64,000 bases of DNA from Octopus vulgaris (taxonomy: Eukaryota): positions 61,070,001-61,134,000 of the forward strand of contig OX597820.1 of the NCBI GenBank assembly GCA_951406725.2. The letters are read 5' to 3'. The position numbers and the translations under genes were made by a program. This document shows positions 27,052-39,167 of this stretch, piece after piece. Within the stretch, counting starts at the first letter, position 1, and each line of letters starts with the position of its first letter. The notes beneath the pieces are model-generated. The model was not told where the DNA came from. It saw only the letters and a program-made list of their open reading frames with translations, and ran no database searches.

Positions 27052-27363
27052 CAGGTACAACACCGAATTTCCGGACACTGGCGATCCGAAACCGCTAATA
27101 ATCCGCACTAATTTACTTACAGGAACTTCAAACACCCGTGGTCGCCAGACGAGATTACTGGTGCCTTGGACAGTACAGTATTAATAAACGTGTATAATTT
27201 ATACGAATGTACAGGTACCTGCATTTTATTTACTTATTTAAGTATATTTAATATTTAATTTAGAGTGTGACGACCAAAGTGATTCCCCCCTCCTTGGCTC
27301 GGAAAAATCTGTAAACCGGAAAGGCTTTGGAACCAAATGTTCCGGAGATCGATTTCGTACCTG
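27052..27363. mobile_element. Tigger/pogo-like MITE downstream of the formin stop
   Basis: TIRs CAGGTACAACACCGAATTTCCGGA / TCCGGAGATCGATTTCGTACCTG; TA TSD. Confidence 0.75.
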
Positions 27364-27653
27364 TATCTGAAACGGAATCGTTTTATCAGATAGAAAAAAA
27401 TATATATAACAATCAGTAAAACACTCAATAAAACATAAAACAAGTTTTACAAAATATAAAGAACAGTTAAGAATTTGATTGCAGAAAATAACTTCGTGAA
27501 AATGTCCATTCAATTTCTCAAGACGTTCTTTTTGTTCTTAACAATATCCAAGGCTTTTCTTTCGAATTAGGTCTTAGATATTGCTATACTGATTATTTTA
27601 AGCGTAGTCCAGCAGTAGCATTAAATAGTTTATTGTATATGTATACCGAAGTG

Positions 27654-27790
27654 TCAGACTGAAATTTCATTTTTCGAAGAGTAAAGCTGGCTCTTATTTC
27701 TCATTGATAGACGACGTAACACCTTGCCACGGCGGATTTCACAGACCAAATTATCCACAATTTTACGATCTTCTTGCTTGGGAAGGAAGA
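27654..27790 (-). CDS. INF2: INF2-like formin, terminal exon with WH2/DAD motif
   Basis: ttttctattttAG|; VFLPKQEDRKIVDNLVCEIRRGKVLRRLSMRNKSQLYSSKNEISV*, cf. INF2 VIDALLADIRKGFQLRKT; AATAAA on - strand at 27629-34. Confidence 0.88.
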
Positions 27791-28837
27791 CTAAAATAGA
27801 AAACAAAGAAATGAGAAATTAGTAAGTTCTCAATAACAGTAAAATGTTGGGGGTTTTTTTTTAAGAGATACAGAGGTTTTACGGGAATGAAAGATGTAAT
27901 AACCGTTCGTTTTTTGTCCGTTTTTCGTCCGTTTTTCCGTGGTAGCAAGCGTTAGATGAAAGTATTACCTGCTTTTCATTTAAGGGATGTCTTGCTCCAC
28001 ACGTCTTCGAAAGGCAGATGACGAATCGTACACAAGCGAAATTATACCCACTTGACCCACTGTAGCAGAGTAATGTTCGGAGAAGTTACACCCACACACA
28101 CAAACACGCACTCACACACTACAGGTTCTTTCAGTATCCATCTACTAACTCCACTCCCAAGATATTGGTCAACTTGAGGTTGCAGAGGAAGACACTTACC
28201 CAAAGTGTAATGCCTGGAACAGAATCCGAAACCGCCTGGTTAGGAAGTGAACTTCTTAACCAGATAGCTATGTCACCGTTTATCTCCCCCCCCCCACCAC
28301 CACCACCTATGTTGAGCGTGTTTTGAATGCTTGTGACATATTGATGATATCATAAATTTCCCTTTTTGCTGGTTTCTGCTGCCTGCAGATTTCTCCCAGA
28401 AAAAGAATAATTACTTATTTCTATAGAGACTGACGGTTTTTCTGGGCTTTCTGTGAAGTTGGATGTTCCTTTACCTGAATGAATGCTCTTTATATATTAT
28501 CAGTAATTGGCATCAAAAGATCATTTGTTTTTTTTCGAAACTTTGTTATCAAGTCTACTCGTCGATTTCTTTTGTATTGTTCTTTTCGTCTTACCTGTCA
28601 CTATTTATCGGGTTCTCTAACTTCCGTTGTTTTTGTTTGGTACCTTTCTAATTTCACTTCATCCATCGAGATGGCTGAACCACTGGGGAATCGGAGAAAC
28701 GCTTTCATGGTCGATAAAGTGAAGTAGCAAGCAAATACAGAGGTCCATGGTATCAACTAACCTCATTCCTTCAAAATTGTGGCCTTGTACCAAGATCAGA
28801 AGCAAGTATCATCATCATCGTTGTTGTTGTTAAAGTA

Positions 28838-29297
28838 GGCGAGCTGGCAGAAACGTTAGCACGCCGGGCGAAATGCTTAGCGGTATTTCGTCTGCCACTA
28901 CGTTCTGAGTTCAAATTCCGCCGAGGTCGACTTTGCCTTTCATCCTTTCGGGGTCGATTAAGTAAGTACTAGTTACGCACTAGGGTCGATGTAATCGACT
29001 TAATCCGTTTGTCTGTACTTGTTTGTCCCCGCTATATTTAGCCCCTTGTGGGTAATAAAGAAACAGGTGTTTCGTCTGCCGCTACGTTCTGAGTTCAAAT
29101 TCCGCCATGGTTGACTTTGCCTTTCATCCTTTCGAGGTCGATTAAATAAGTACCAGTTACGCACTAGGGTCGATGTAATCGACTTAATCCGTTTGTCTGT
29201 CCTTGTTTGTCCTCTCTGTGTTTAGCCCCTTGTGGGTAGTAAAGAAATGGGTATTTCGTCTGCTGTTACGTTCCGAGTTCAAATTCCGCTGATGTCG
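28838..29297 (+). mobile_element. Tandem SINE family B (one full copy plus 5'-truncated repeats)
   Basis: GGCGAGCTGGCAGAAACGTTAG..GAGTTCAAATTCC..GTCGACTTTGCCTTTCATCCTTTCG repeated. Confidence 0.87.
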
Positions 29298-29660
29298 TGC
29301 TCCAATTCTTCCTGTTTCAAATTTTAAGTATTTGTTTTTTTTCTCCTTTTTTTTTACGATCCTGGAAACAAATGGGCATGAGGAATCGATAAGTAAGCAA
29401 CTTCGCTTTTCCTTATCTACAATCGTTATGTCTGGTCTATTATTTTCTTAATTTCTTGTCTGTTTGAATAGGAAAGTCCCACAAAATCTTACATTTCTCT
29501 TATTAAGCTGGCAGAATCATTAGCTGTTGGCATTTTTTCTGACTTCCTACGAGCTGAAAAGAATTACGGTTATTTTAACACATCAGCCATGGCCAGTAAC
29601 ATATCTACACCATGTACACCTACGTCTGTCATACATTCTATATTATTGTAAATACACTAC

Positions 29661-29742
29661 CTTTTCTCCTCTCAGCCAACTGTGGTTGATTTTGAAGTCT
29701 TTGCTCCATCTTTTTGGCTTGCTCCACTCTGTTGACATTCTC
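29661..29742 (-). CDS. INF2: INF2-like formin, post-FH2 coiled-coil exon
   Basis: tttttatAG|..|GTagtg; ENVNRVEQAKKMEQRLQNQPQLAERRK; phase 0 to 1. Confidence 0.85.
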
Positions 29743-30847
29743 CTATAAAAAGAAAAAAAGCTTCATCATTAAGTATTTGATTTATTTCAGAAATATTTCT
29801 TATCAAGAAATACTCCAAAGGTTTGTCTAACATTAGAGAATATTTTGGTGACATTAAGGAAATTTATTTAATACTGTATCTGATTTTCTTAATTCTCTGG
29901 TCAAGTATATGAATAGAAAAATGTCAGCTAACCAAAGAGTTTATAATTACTTTAATATCATTGATACATGCTATGTTCAAGTAATGGTCAATATTTCATT
30001 AGCTTAGGGCTTTGCGTTCTAAGTTCAAATTCCGCCACGGTTGACTTTATCTTTCATCCTTTTGGGGTCGATAAAATAAGCACCAGCTGAGCACTGGGGT
30101 CGATATAATCGACTTACCCCATCCCCTGAAATCGCTGGTTTTGTACCAAAATTTGAATGCAATATTTTGTTAGCTTGCGAGAACGACTGATCTCAAATCC
30201 TCTTATACCTTCAAGACAACCATATATACACTACAAAAATATAAAATGTTCACTTTACTCTCCTGGTTAATGATCAACCACATCCTGAATATATATTTTT
30301 AATTAGTTATTTTTATTACGTGTTTAAGTCATAACAAATATACAACTTATGTCTCTATTCACAAAATTACAATAGTAAGAAACTTCAAAGCAATAATCAT
30401 TATTATTATTACAAGATAATAATATTGTTTATAGATACAATATTAATATTTTAACATCACTTATTAGAACAGTAACTCAGCACCTTTGTCTTGTAGCTAA
30501 TTTTTACAAAGGACATATGATGAACTATACAAAACCATGGTGCTAAGAAATATACTAATATTTGTGTAATAAAAACTTCATTTTTGATCATTTTAAAAAT
30601 ATCACGATATTCATAATATCTATGAGTGTATAAAAAACTACTAACAAAAAATTGAAAGCAAAGTTTTCAGCATAATTTTCAATGATACTAAAATAACTAA
30701 ACATGAGAAACTTTCTTTAAAAACAGTTTCCTTCGTTAGATACAAAGTAAACTTTACTTGAATCATCTTAATATATTTCTGGTATATTATTAATATGTTC
30801 AATCTTTCGGACTATTAATCTTGTACATATAGTATATGTACATATAG

Positions 30848-30889
<42 letters not shown>

Positions 30890-30999
30890 AAATACGAGAT
30901 TAACACTCCAAAAGATTTATGTATGAATGTATGTATATATCCATAAGTCAAAGAATATGCACTCATATATTTATTAATAGAGTGGCTGTATTAATCTAA

Positions 31000-31268
31000 G
31001 TGTACAATATTATATATCTATTACAGTCGATCTTACAATTCGGTTTCACGCTAGGGGTTCAACGGAATATTAGGTAACCGCCTAATTATGTAACCCTGCA
31101 CTAGTTAGAAATGGCAGTTATGGAATGAAATATGGCAATTATTCCATAACTGCCATCTCTGAAGAGCGCAGGTTTACATAGTTGGGTTGTAACCTAATAC
31201 TCTGTTGAACCTCTAGCGCAAAACCGATTTGTAAGATCGGCTGCAATGGATATATAAAACTGTACACT
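31000..31268. mobile_element. Inverted-repeat element with paired hammerhead motifs
   Basis: ~125-bp arms; right arm ATCT-CTGAAGA-GCGC..GCGC-AAAAC..GTA-AGAT (31155-31237); the left arm retains GAAAC. Confidence 0.68.
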
Positions 31269-31275
31269 CCGATTA

Positions 31276-31353
<78 letters not shown>

Positions 31354-31481
31354 TCAACTGATGCTTATTTTATCGACTCTGATAGAATGAAAGTTGAAGT
31401 CAACCTCGGGTGAATTTGAACTCAAAACCTAAACTCGGACTAAATGCCCTTAGGCATTTCTCCAGGCATTATATATATATA

Positions 31482-32341
31482 TGCAGACGACATCAAGCTG
31501 TACCTTGAAATCAAGAGGACAGATCCTGATGTCTACAACTCTTTCCTGCAATCGGACCTAGACACAATGCAGCAATGGATCACAGACTGGCAACTGAAAC
31601 TGGCTGTGGACAAGTGTACCACCATGCATTTTGGGAGAAAAAACCCTGCGTCCACATACTCCCTCCACAACACTGATATCAAGAAATCCTCTTGCGAGCG
31701 TGACCTAGGCATCACTGTCAGCAGTGATTTGCGTTGGACAAAGCATATCTCTAAAATTGTCAAGAAGGCCGAGGGTGTGTTGGCATCATTCAGCAAGACT
31801 TTTGTTAGCCGCTCTCCAGCCATCTATTTAAAACTGGATACAGCTATGGTACGACCACACTTGGAATTCGCATCATCAGTTTGGAACCCCTATCTTGCTC
31901 AGAACATTGACCTCGTGGAATCTGTCCAGAGACGTGCAACCAAACGCATACCCTCCATCAGACACCTACCATATTCTGAGCACCTTGTTTCCCTGGGCAT
32001 GGATTCACTGAAGCTCCGGCGTCTGGCGACGGACTTGGTAAACACCCACAAAGTTATCAACCACCTCACCAACAACAACACTGAACACCTTTTTGATCTC
32101 CATGTGTCTAACACACGTGGACATGCCTACAAAGTCAGAAAACAACACAGCTCCCATGACTTTCGGAAACATTTTTTCACGCTCAGAGTTGCTGAAGCAT
32201 GGAATAAACTGCCTGCGTCAGTTGTTGACTGCCATGACACTGCATCCTTTAAGGCCCTCATGCTTTCCGAAATCCGCCGAAACTACACCTGATTATATAT
32301 ACACTTTAGATGAGTTGTAGTGCACCTGAGCACTGTACACA

Positions 32342-32368
<27 letters not shown>
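31482..32368 (+). mobile_element. 5'-truncated CR1-group LINE (RT C-terminus plus 3' tail)
   Basis: Open frame YADDIKLY..ERDLGI..VRPHLEFASSVWNP..ESVQRRATK..FFTLRVAEAWNKLP; tail GTGCACCTGAGCACTGTAC(ATT)n. Confidence 0.92.
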
Positions 32369-32404
<36 letters not shown>

Positions 32405-32408
<4 letters not shown>

Positions 32409-32605
32409 TTTTTATTAAAGCTGCAAAATTATCACAAGAATGTTACTCAGAGTTTCACGTTCTCATTCGTTGGACAGTTGTAAATACTGAATTAAAATCG
32501 TGATTTTAATTTTTAATTCAGTATCTACTACAACTCTCCGACGAACGGAACGTGAAACTCTGAGTAACAATCCTGTGATAATTTTGCAGCTTTAATAAAA
32601 AATAT
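32405..32605. mobile_element. Near-perfect palindrome with hammerhead-like motifs (U4C core)
   Basis: ~95-bp arms beside (TA)n; CCGACGA-ACG/CGT-GAAA-CTCTGAG-TA-ACA at 32538-69. Confidence 0.6.
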
Positions 32606-33106
32606 ATTACTCTACCTTTGGTATTCGAGTACTATTTTCTCCAGCTTGCTTTGCACTTATGTGCTCAGCTTTGCGTGTGAGAGTGTGTAATACTTGCATG
32701 TATGTGTACATACATACACACACAAACACAAGATAACACACACACACACACATAATGTGTTTCTTTCAGTGTCCATCTACCAAAGTCAACTCACAAAGCT
32801 TTTGTCACACTGGGACACTGGTAAAAGACATTTACCCATAGTGCCACACACCTGATACTGAACCTGAAACCATGTGGTTGCGAAGAAAACTTCTTTCAAC
32901 AGAGCCACAGCCACGCCCACAAGCGTATTACTGAAAATAAACAAAGCACTACACACCTACAGCAAAATAATAAAGTACATTCTAGAATTGATCTTGTGAT
33001 AGGTGCAACGAAGTTGCAGTTTTTCCACGTATTTTTATGAGAAGTTATCAAAAACTCTCATATGCACAATCACCCGAGATGTAAAAAAAAATGTATTTAT
33101 AGATAC

Positions 33107-33271
33107 CTGTTGACAATTTTTGACTTTGACACAAAATTCTCGAAACACTTCAAGAAATTCTGCCAAATTAAATGTTCTCTCATTTTCACAGAAGTGTCTT
33201 GCAACATACCGCGAACATTTATCCAGACGTTCAATAGATTTTTCCACTTCTTCTAAGTCACATTCAGCATC
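33107..33271 (-). CDS. INF2: INF2-like formin, FH2 C-terminal exon
   Basis: tggcAG|..|GTatct; DAECDLEEVEKSIERLDKCSRYVARHFCENERTFNLAEFLEVFREFCVKVKNCQQ; phase 0 to 0. Confidence 0.92.
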
Positions 33272-33380
33272 CTGCCAAACAGAAACAAAAGACATAAATA
33301 TAACATTATTACACCTAACTAATTAATATATTATGAGGGCATGTGTTAATGAAACATTTTTCATAAATTTCAGATTACCA

Positions 33381-33422
<42 letters not shown>

Positions 33423-33425
<3 letters not shown>

Positions 33426-33840
33426 TTATGAGAGATAATGGTGTCAGTGAGACCCAAAGGTGTCAGGTAATGCTGAATATGGATAGTCCATAGCTAAGTT
33501 CCAGATTCGATGATTATGCGAATAAGGGGTCCAACGTTGGTCATATATCAATGTGTGTATATAAAAATTTTTGTCCGTAATGAGATAAAAAAAACAAGGC
33601 TGTGTAGATTATAGAACATTTATAAATAGGTCTTACAGCTGTTTCTAGGATATTTATTATATCCCTTCATTGGAGATCTCTGTTTCGTATCTTATCTAAA
33701 TTAACTATTGCTTAACCATCTTCTCCCACCGTCTCTGATGAAAGGATATAATAAATATCCTAGAGACAGCTGTAATACCTATTTATAAATGTTCTAAAAT
33801 CTACACAGCCTTTGTTTTTTTTATCTCATTACGGAAAAAT

Positions 33841-33845
<5 letters not shown>
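33423..33845. mobile_element. (TA)n-flanked element with inverted pair of hammerhead-bearing repeats, related to 20577-20835
   Basis: Arms ~33566-33676 and ~33731-33843; CTGATGA-AAGGATAT/ATATCCTA-GA(A/G)ACAGCTGTA; 5' part GAGACCCAAAGGTGTCAGG matches GAAGACCCAAGGTGGCAGG near 20597. Confidence 0.72.
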
Positions 33846-33887
<42 letters not shown>

Positions 33888-34113
33888 TTACTATTATGCA
33901 AAACGTTCCATCTCCAGAAAGCGAAAAAATAATTTCATCATTCCATTGCAAAACTGTTGTACTACACTTTGACAATTTTTGACAAATTGGCATCTGAATC
34001 AGCTGGAGATGCGATAGTTTGACCAAAATAACCGGCTATTGCAAGCAAACATAAATAGGGAAAAAAACGCATTTGGCCAAATTTAAACATACGACAGTTT
34101 AACATAATAGCAG

Positions 34114-34162
<49 letters not shown>

Positions 34163-34364
34163 CAAGATAAGAGATTTCTATCGGTTTGTTTCGAGACGCA
34201 TAAATTATAATGGTTATCGACAATTTTTGGTTTCAGCATATTTGGCATTAGAATTTTTCTTCTGCCCTTATCTTGTAAATTATGTATAAATTTTACCTTT
34301 AAAGGCATTTTTTGATATGCTGGCCATTGATATTTTTTTTTCCCGAAAAAAATTTTATCCTATA

Positions 34365-34401
<37 letters not shown>

Positions 34402-35259
34402 CATACCTCAGTTCGCTAGCTTTAAGTGTAAATAATCATCAACACAGGTTAGTTAGTGGAATGTCATGCCCAATCAATGTTAAACTTCTGATGGCCAATA
34501 GTCAGTGTTCTTAATTCCACGGATTAGGATGCTCGACAAACATCGTAGGTGTGTACAATGCAATGAAGTTTGTATATATGTATTATGTATAAGGTCTAAG
34601 ATGTGAAACATGTAAGGGAGATAACTCTGATCTCATAATATACTTTTGGTGAATCTTGATATTCATAATCAACGTCACTATATTTCCTTCCAGCTCTCTC
34701 TCTCTCTCACTGTATATATGTATGTGCGTGTGTGTGTGTGTATGTCGTGCTGTTGCCACATAAAAAGCACCCAGTCTACACTGTAAAGTGGTTGGTGTTA
34801 GGAAGCACATCCAGCCCATAAAAACCATGCCAAAACAGACAGTGTAGCCTGGTGCACTCCTCTGACTTGTCACCTCTGTGAAACTGTTCAACACATGCCA
34901 GTATGGAAGACAGACGTTAAATAATGATGATGGTGATGTATATATATACACACACACACACACACACTGATCATTTGTAAGTTTTGTCAGTTGATAGAAT
35001 AAGATTCACTGAAAATGTCTAATAAGACTGAAACATGTCAGATACTTTCTGTAGTTGGCTTTAAAGACCAGATCCAATCTCATCTGTATCAACTTCCTTT
35101 TCCCAAAATTTCAATTATCTGATATTATAAGATTTCAGAATGGATTAAAGGATCTATACATAATGATATCTACACATAATGATATCTATCTGTAATGTTA
35201 GCCTTCAATTAACTGAACAGTATTGTCTAGCTTACTCATATCTTTGTATTATCTGGACT

Positions 35260-35585
35260 GGCTCCTGTGCAGGTGGCCTGTAAAAAACACCACTTGAGCA
35301 TGGCCATTGCCATTGCCACTGGACTGACTCCTGTGCGATAGCACATAAAAAAACACCAGTTGAGTGTGACCTTGCCAGTAACGCCTGACTGACCCTCATG
35401 CCAGTGGCACGTAAAAGCACCTACTGCACTCTTGGAGTGGTTGGCATTAGGAAGGGCATCCAGCTGTAGAAACTCTGCCAGATCAGATTGGAGCCTGGTG
35501 CAGCCATTTGGTTCACCAGTCCTCAGTCAAATCGTCCAACCTATGCTAGTATGGAAAGCAGACGTTAAACGATGATGATGATGAA
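35260..35585 (+). mobile_element. SINE/LINE 3' end with RTE-type tail (related copies 34750-34940 + and ~39760-39890 -)
   Basis: GGTTGGCATTAGGAAGGGCATCCAGC...GACGTTAAAC(GAT)n tail. Confidence 0.75.
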
Positions 35586-36000
35586 TACTCATGTGTTTAT
35601 TTATATGGATAAGATGATTGAGAGAATGAATGAGAATATAAATATTACACTACAGAGCATTTGTCTAGTGACCTAAGCTGTTATAAAGATTTTGTGTAAC
35701 CAATGATCATTCTGGCTACATTTTTCAGTTCTCTGGTTATTTTTTATGTTATATGTATTATGTTTGAGGAAGCAGCTTCAAGTGGAAAAATAACATGATT
35801 ACTTTTATACTTCAAGCTGCTATCTTACAAATCTTCTGAATCATTTATCAATACATAACCTTGTTAACCATCAAGCAATACATGGTACCTTCTGAAAAAT
35901 CATCTCCATATTAAGTAATGCAAGATGTTGCAAAGATTTCAACATACAGATTAATATCAGGAATTCCTTAATCTTAACTTGTTTGACCTTTTCCACTCAC

Positions 36001-36121
36001 CTCCACAAAGTCTTCAAACTGCTGTGATATTTCAGCTTCAGCTTTATTGAGCTGATTTCGGACACGTATCACATTATTCTTTAACTGTTTAAATTCTGAC
36101 TTGATATTTTCTAGATTGAAT
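36001..36121 (-). CDS. INF2: INF2-like formin, FH2 exon
   Basis: gttttAG|..|GTgagt; FNLENIKSEFKQLKNNVIRVRNQLNKAEAEISQQFEDFVE; phase 2 to 0. Confidence 0.9.
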
Positions 36122-36844
36122 CTAAAACAAAATGAAATAGTTTACTGAATCAAATTTGTCTTCTTCATAGCAAGAATAAGAATGGCAGTTTCATTAAAAT
36201 ACTTTTTTTTTTAATATTATTTTGAATTTCATAACCATTAACATTTTCTGTTAAAGTTTTTATGGTTGAGTCACTGGTTCACTATATTTATGATGACGAG
36301 AGACAAGGGAGTCTATTTGCAATTTAGATGGAACAAATACTATACAAGGGGTTGTTAGACATTTGTGACTCTGACTGCCCATTAATTTAGTTCTTACTCT
36401 CCTACAGTACCTTGGAAATTGTGTGAAGTAGGGGTCAGTCATAGATTTGATTAGCTGCAACACTGAAGGCACTCTGGGAGTTCTTCATTGTCACTCAACC
36501 TGATAGATATAGCAGCTGAATTTTTCCCCAAATCACACCCTGCCATCTTCAAAATATAGAATAGTACATTGAACATTTTGACATGAACAAAAATCACATT
36601 CGTCACACTGGGAAAACATATATTGATTAGTAATCACATTGGATACCACCAAATGGAACTTTTATGCTACAGAAGATTGAGATAGGCAGAAGATGAAAAT
36701 CAAGCAAACTTGGAAAATAACTGACCTAGGTCAAACGGGTGCTGGTAATGAATGAACATAGACTAAGCATAGCAAAAATTAATTTGTCAATCATAATTTA
36801 GTATTATTTTGTGGGTTGATTAACATTAGTTTTTGCTTACTTAC

Positions 36845-37026
36845 CTAGTAGACTTTTGTAGTGGTTCTAAGAGATCATCAACAAATCTCAAAGTAGTTTT
36901 GTCCTCCTTTTCACATTCTTCAACGATATAATGCAGCAGAGAAATGCGAGCCACATTAGACCGTGTCATAACCAATTTGTTCAATGAACTAATACGGAAA
37001 CCAACTGCATTACCGGAAGTTGTCCC
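36845..37026 (-). CDS. INF2: INF2-like formin, FH2 post exon
   Basis: ttcatAG|..|GTaagt; GTTSGNAVGFRISSLNKLVMTRSNVARISLLHYIVEECEKED...LQKSTR; phase 0 to 2. Confidence 0.93.
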
Positions 37027-38339
37027 CTATGAAAACCAAAACCAAACAAACCCTTTAGTTGCAGTTATAAGATTAGTTTCTGATTAAGGCACAAGACCAG
37101 CAATTTTAAGAGGAGGGGCAAATTAATAGCATCAAGTATCCAGTACTTGACTGGTATTTATTTTTAGCAACTAAGAAAGGATGAAACACAAAGTCGACCT
37201 TGGCAGAAGTTGAGTTTAGATAATGTAAAGAGCCATAACAAATACTGCAAAACATGTTTTCCAATGCACAAACGATTCTGTCTGTTCACCATCTTTGTTG
37301 CAGTTATAAGATTAAAATGAGCAAACTCTATCTTTGCAAAATTTACTTTTGCATAAAGAAAGATTATTATATATAACATATAGTTGTTACATGAGAAATG
37401 TGTTGTTCAAAGAACAGTGCATTTATTATCATCGGTGTAGCAAATAACACTCGAGTTTGACATGCTGGTGCAGTTGTGGACTCAGTGGACAAGGTTGTTT
37501 GGTGCTTTTGATATCTGAGCAGGAGGACAGAGATTTGGGTCTCTGGTCCTCCCTGTCCTGCTCTGCATTTGCAAGACTTGGACCCTGACCAGGGCCCTTA
37601 GGAGCCACCTGAACTCCTTTGGTACCACAACACTTCGCAGGATTATAGGATTACTGGGGTTTTTCATATCCAACCAACAGTTATACTCAGAGACTGGGAT
37701 GCATCATGTTATTACTTATGATTTGGGAGCATCAGCTCAGAATGTTTGGTCTTATTGCTCGATTTTCTGTGTTGCGCCCTATGTATTATGTTCTCTTCAC
37801 TGAAGATCTGGCTGGGGTGATGGTTTGTGTTAGTTGACCACATGCCATAAGGCCACTGCAGATGAGAAAGTACCTTGCAGAGATGGGGTCTGACTGGAAC
37901 ACTGCTTGGAAGGCTGCTTGGGATAAACTGAACAAATACTGATAAAGGGTGGAAGCAGTGATGCACACATCCCCATACCTGGCCTAACAAATATGACCAT
38001 CATATTGATAGTTATCGATTCCAGCTTTGCATTGATTAAAAAGACCTTTGATCAAAACTATTTCAGCCATGGTTATTCAGTTTTGTTTCTTTGTTTTTAG
38101 TTTGTTTGTTTTTATATTCAGAGCTACTTTGTCCAGTGTGTCCTTCCTATTTATCTCTTTTGTGATTATTTGTGCTGGCACAGCTGTGTGATCAAGGAGC
38201 TTGCCTTGCAACCATATGGGTTTTGAATTCAGTCCCACTACATGGCACTTTGAGCAAGTGTCTTCTACTATAACCCTGAACTTCACCTGTTGAATTAAAC
38301 ATAAAACAACATAGTTGTGATGTTAATTTAATCCATGTC

Positions 38340-38757
38340 CACAGGAGTGGCTGTGTGGTAAGTAGCTTGCTTCCCAACCACATGGTTCCAGGTTCAGTCC
38401 CACTGCGTGGCATCTTGGGCTAGTGTCTTCTACTATAGTCTCAGGCCAACCAAAGCCTTGTGAGTGGATTTGGTAGAAGGAAACTGAAAGAATCATGTCG
38501 TATATATGTATATATATATATATCTATGTATGTGTGTGTATATGTTTGTGTATCTGTGTTTGTCCCCCCAACATCGCTTGACAACCGATGCTGGTGTGTT
38601 TACGTCCCCGTAACTTAGCGGTTCAGTAAAAGAGACCAACAGAATAAGTACTAGGCTTACAAAGAATAAGTCCTTGGGGTCGATGTGCTTGACTAAAGGC
38701 AGTGCTCCAGCATGACCGCAGTCAAATGACTGAAACAAGTAAAAGAGTAAAAGAGAG
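38340..38757 (+). mobile_element. SINE family A (partial copy also at 38170-38280)
   Basis: As above. Confidence 0.88.
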
Positions 38758-38909
38758 ATTTCTACTTTATGTAGGTAGTCTAAAATAGGTTAGAGATTTC
38801 ACTGTTATTTCTAGCATCTCAAGTGTCAACATAGTATGTCCCTAGTTACAAGCATAACAATACTTTGAATTAATGGAAAATTAAAATCAAACACCAACAA
38901 CAACAATAC

Positions 38910-39167
38910 CTTGTTAAGAAAATTCCCAGCCTGGAGGACATAACGAAGAAATTTCTTCAATGCGACATTATTTGTAAGTTTTGTACAAATCTGAAGAAGC
39001 AGCTGAATATTTGGACGTATCAAAGCTAATTGAGAACTGAAATCACCAACCAAAAGCATAGCTTCAAGGCGACACCGAAAATCAGGAAGCTGTATCAAAA
39101 GTTGGAAGAATTTCTCGGCATTTCCAAGTTTGTCAACATTACCATCAAAATTTGAAATTAAATCAAT
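38910..39167 (-). CDS. INF2: INF2-like formin, FH2 exon
   Basis: cttccAG|..|GTattg; IDLISNFDGNVDKLGNAEKFF...RLEAML...VLQAGNFLNK; phase 0 to 0. Confidence 0.94.

Noticed and set aside
31444-32292. 282-aa ORF as a host gene
   Set aside because: CR1-group RT fragment; the N-terminus derives from a SINE remnant and (TA)n.
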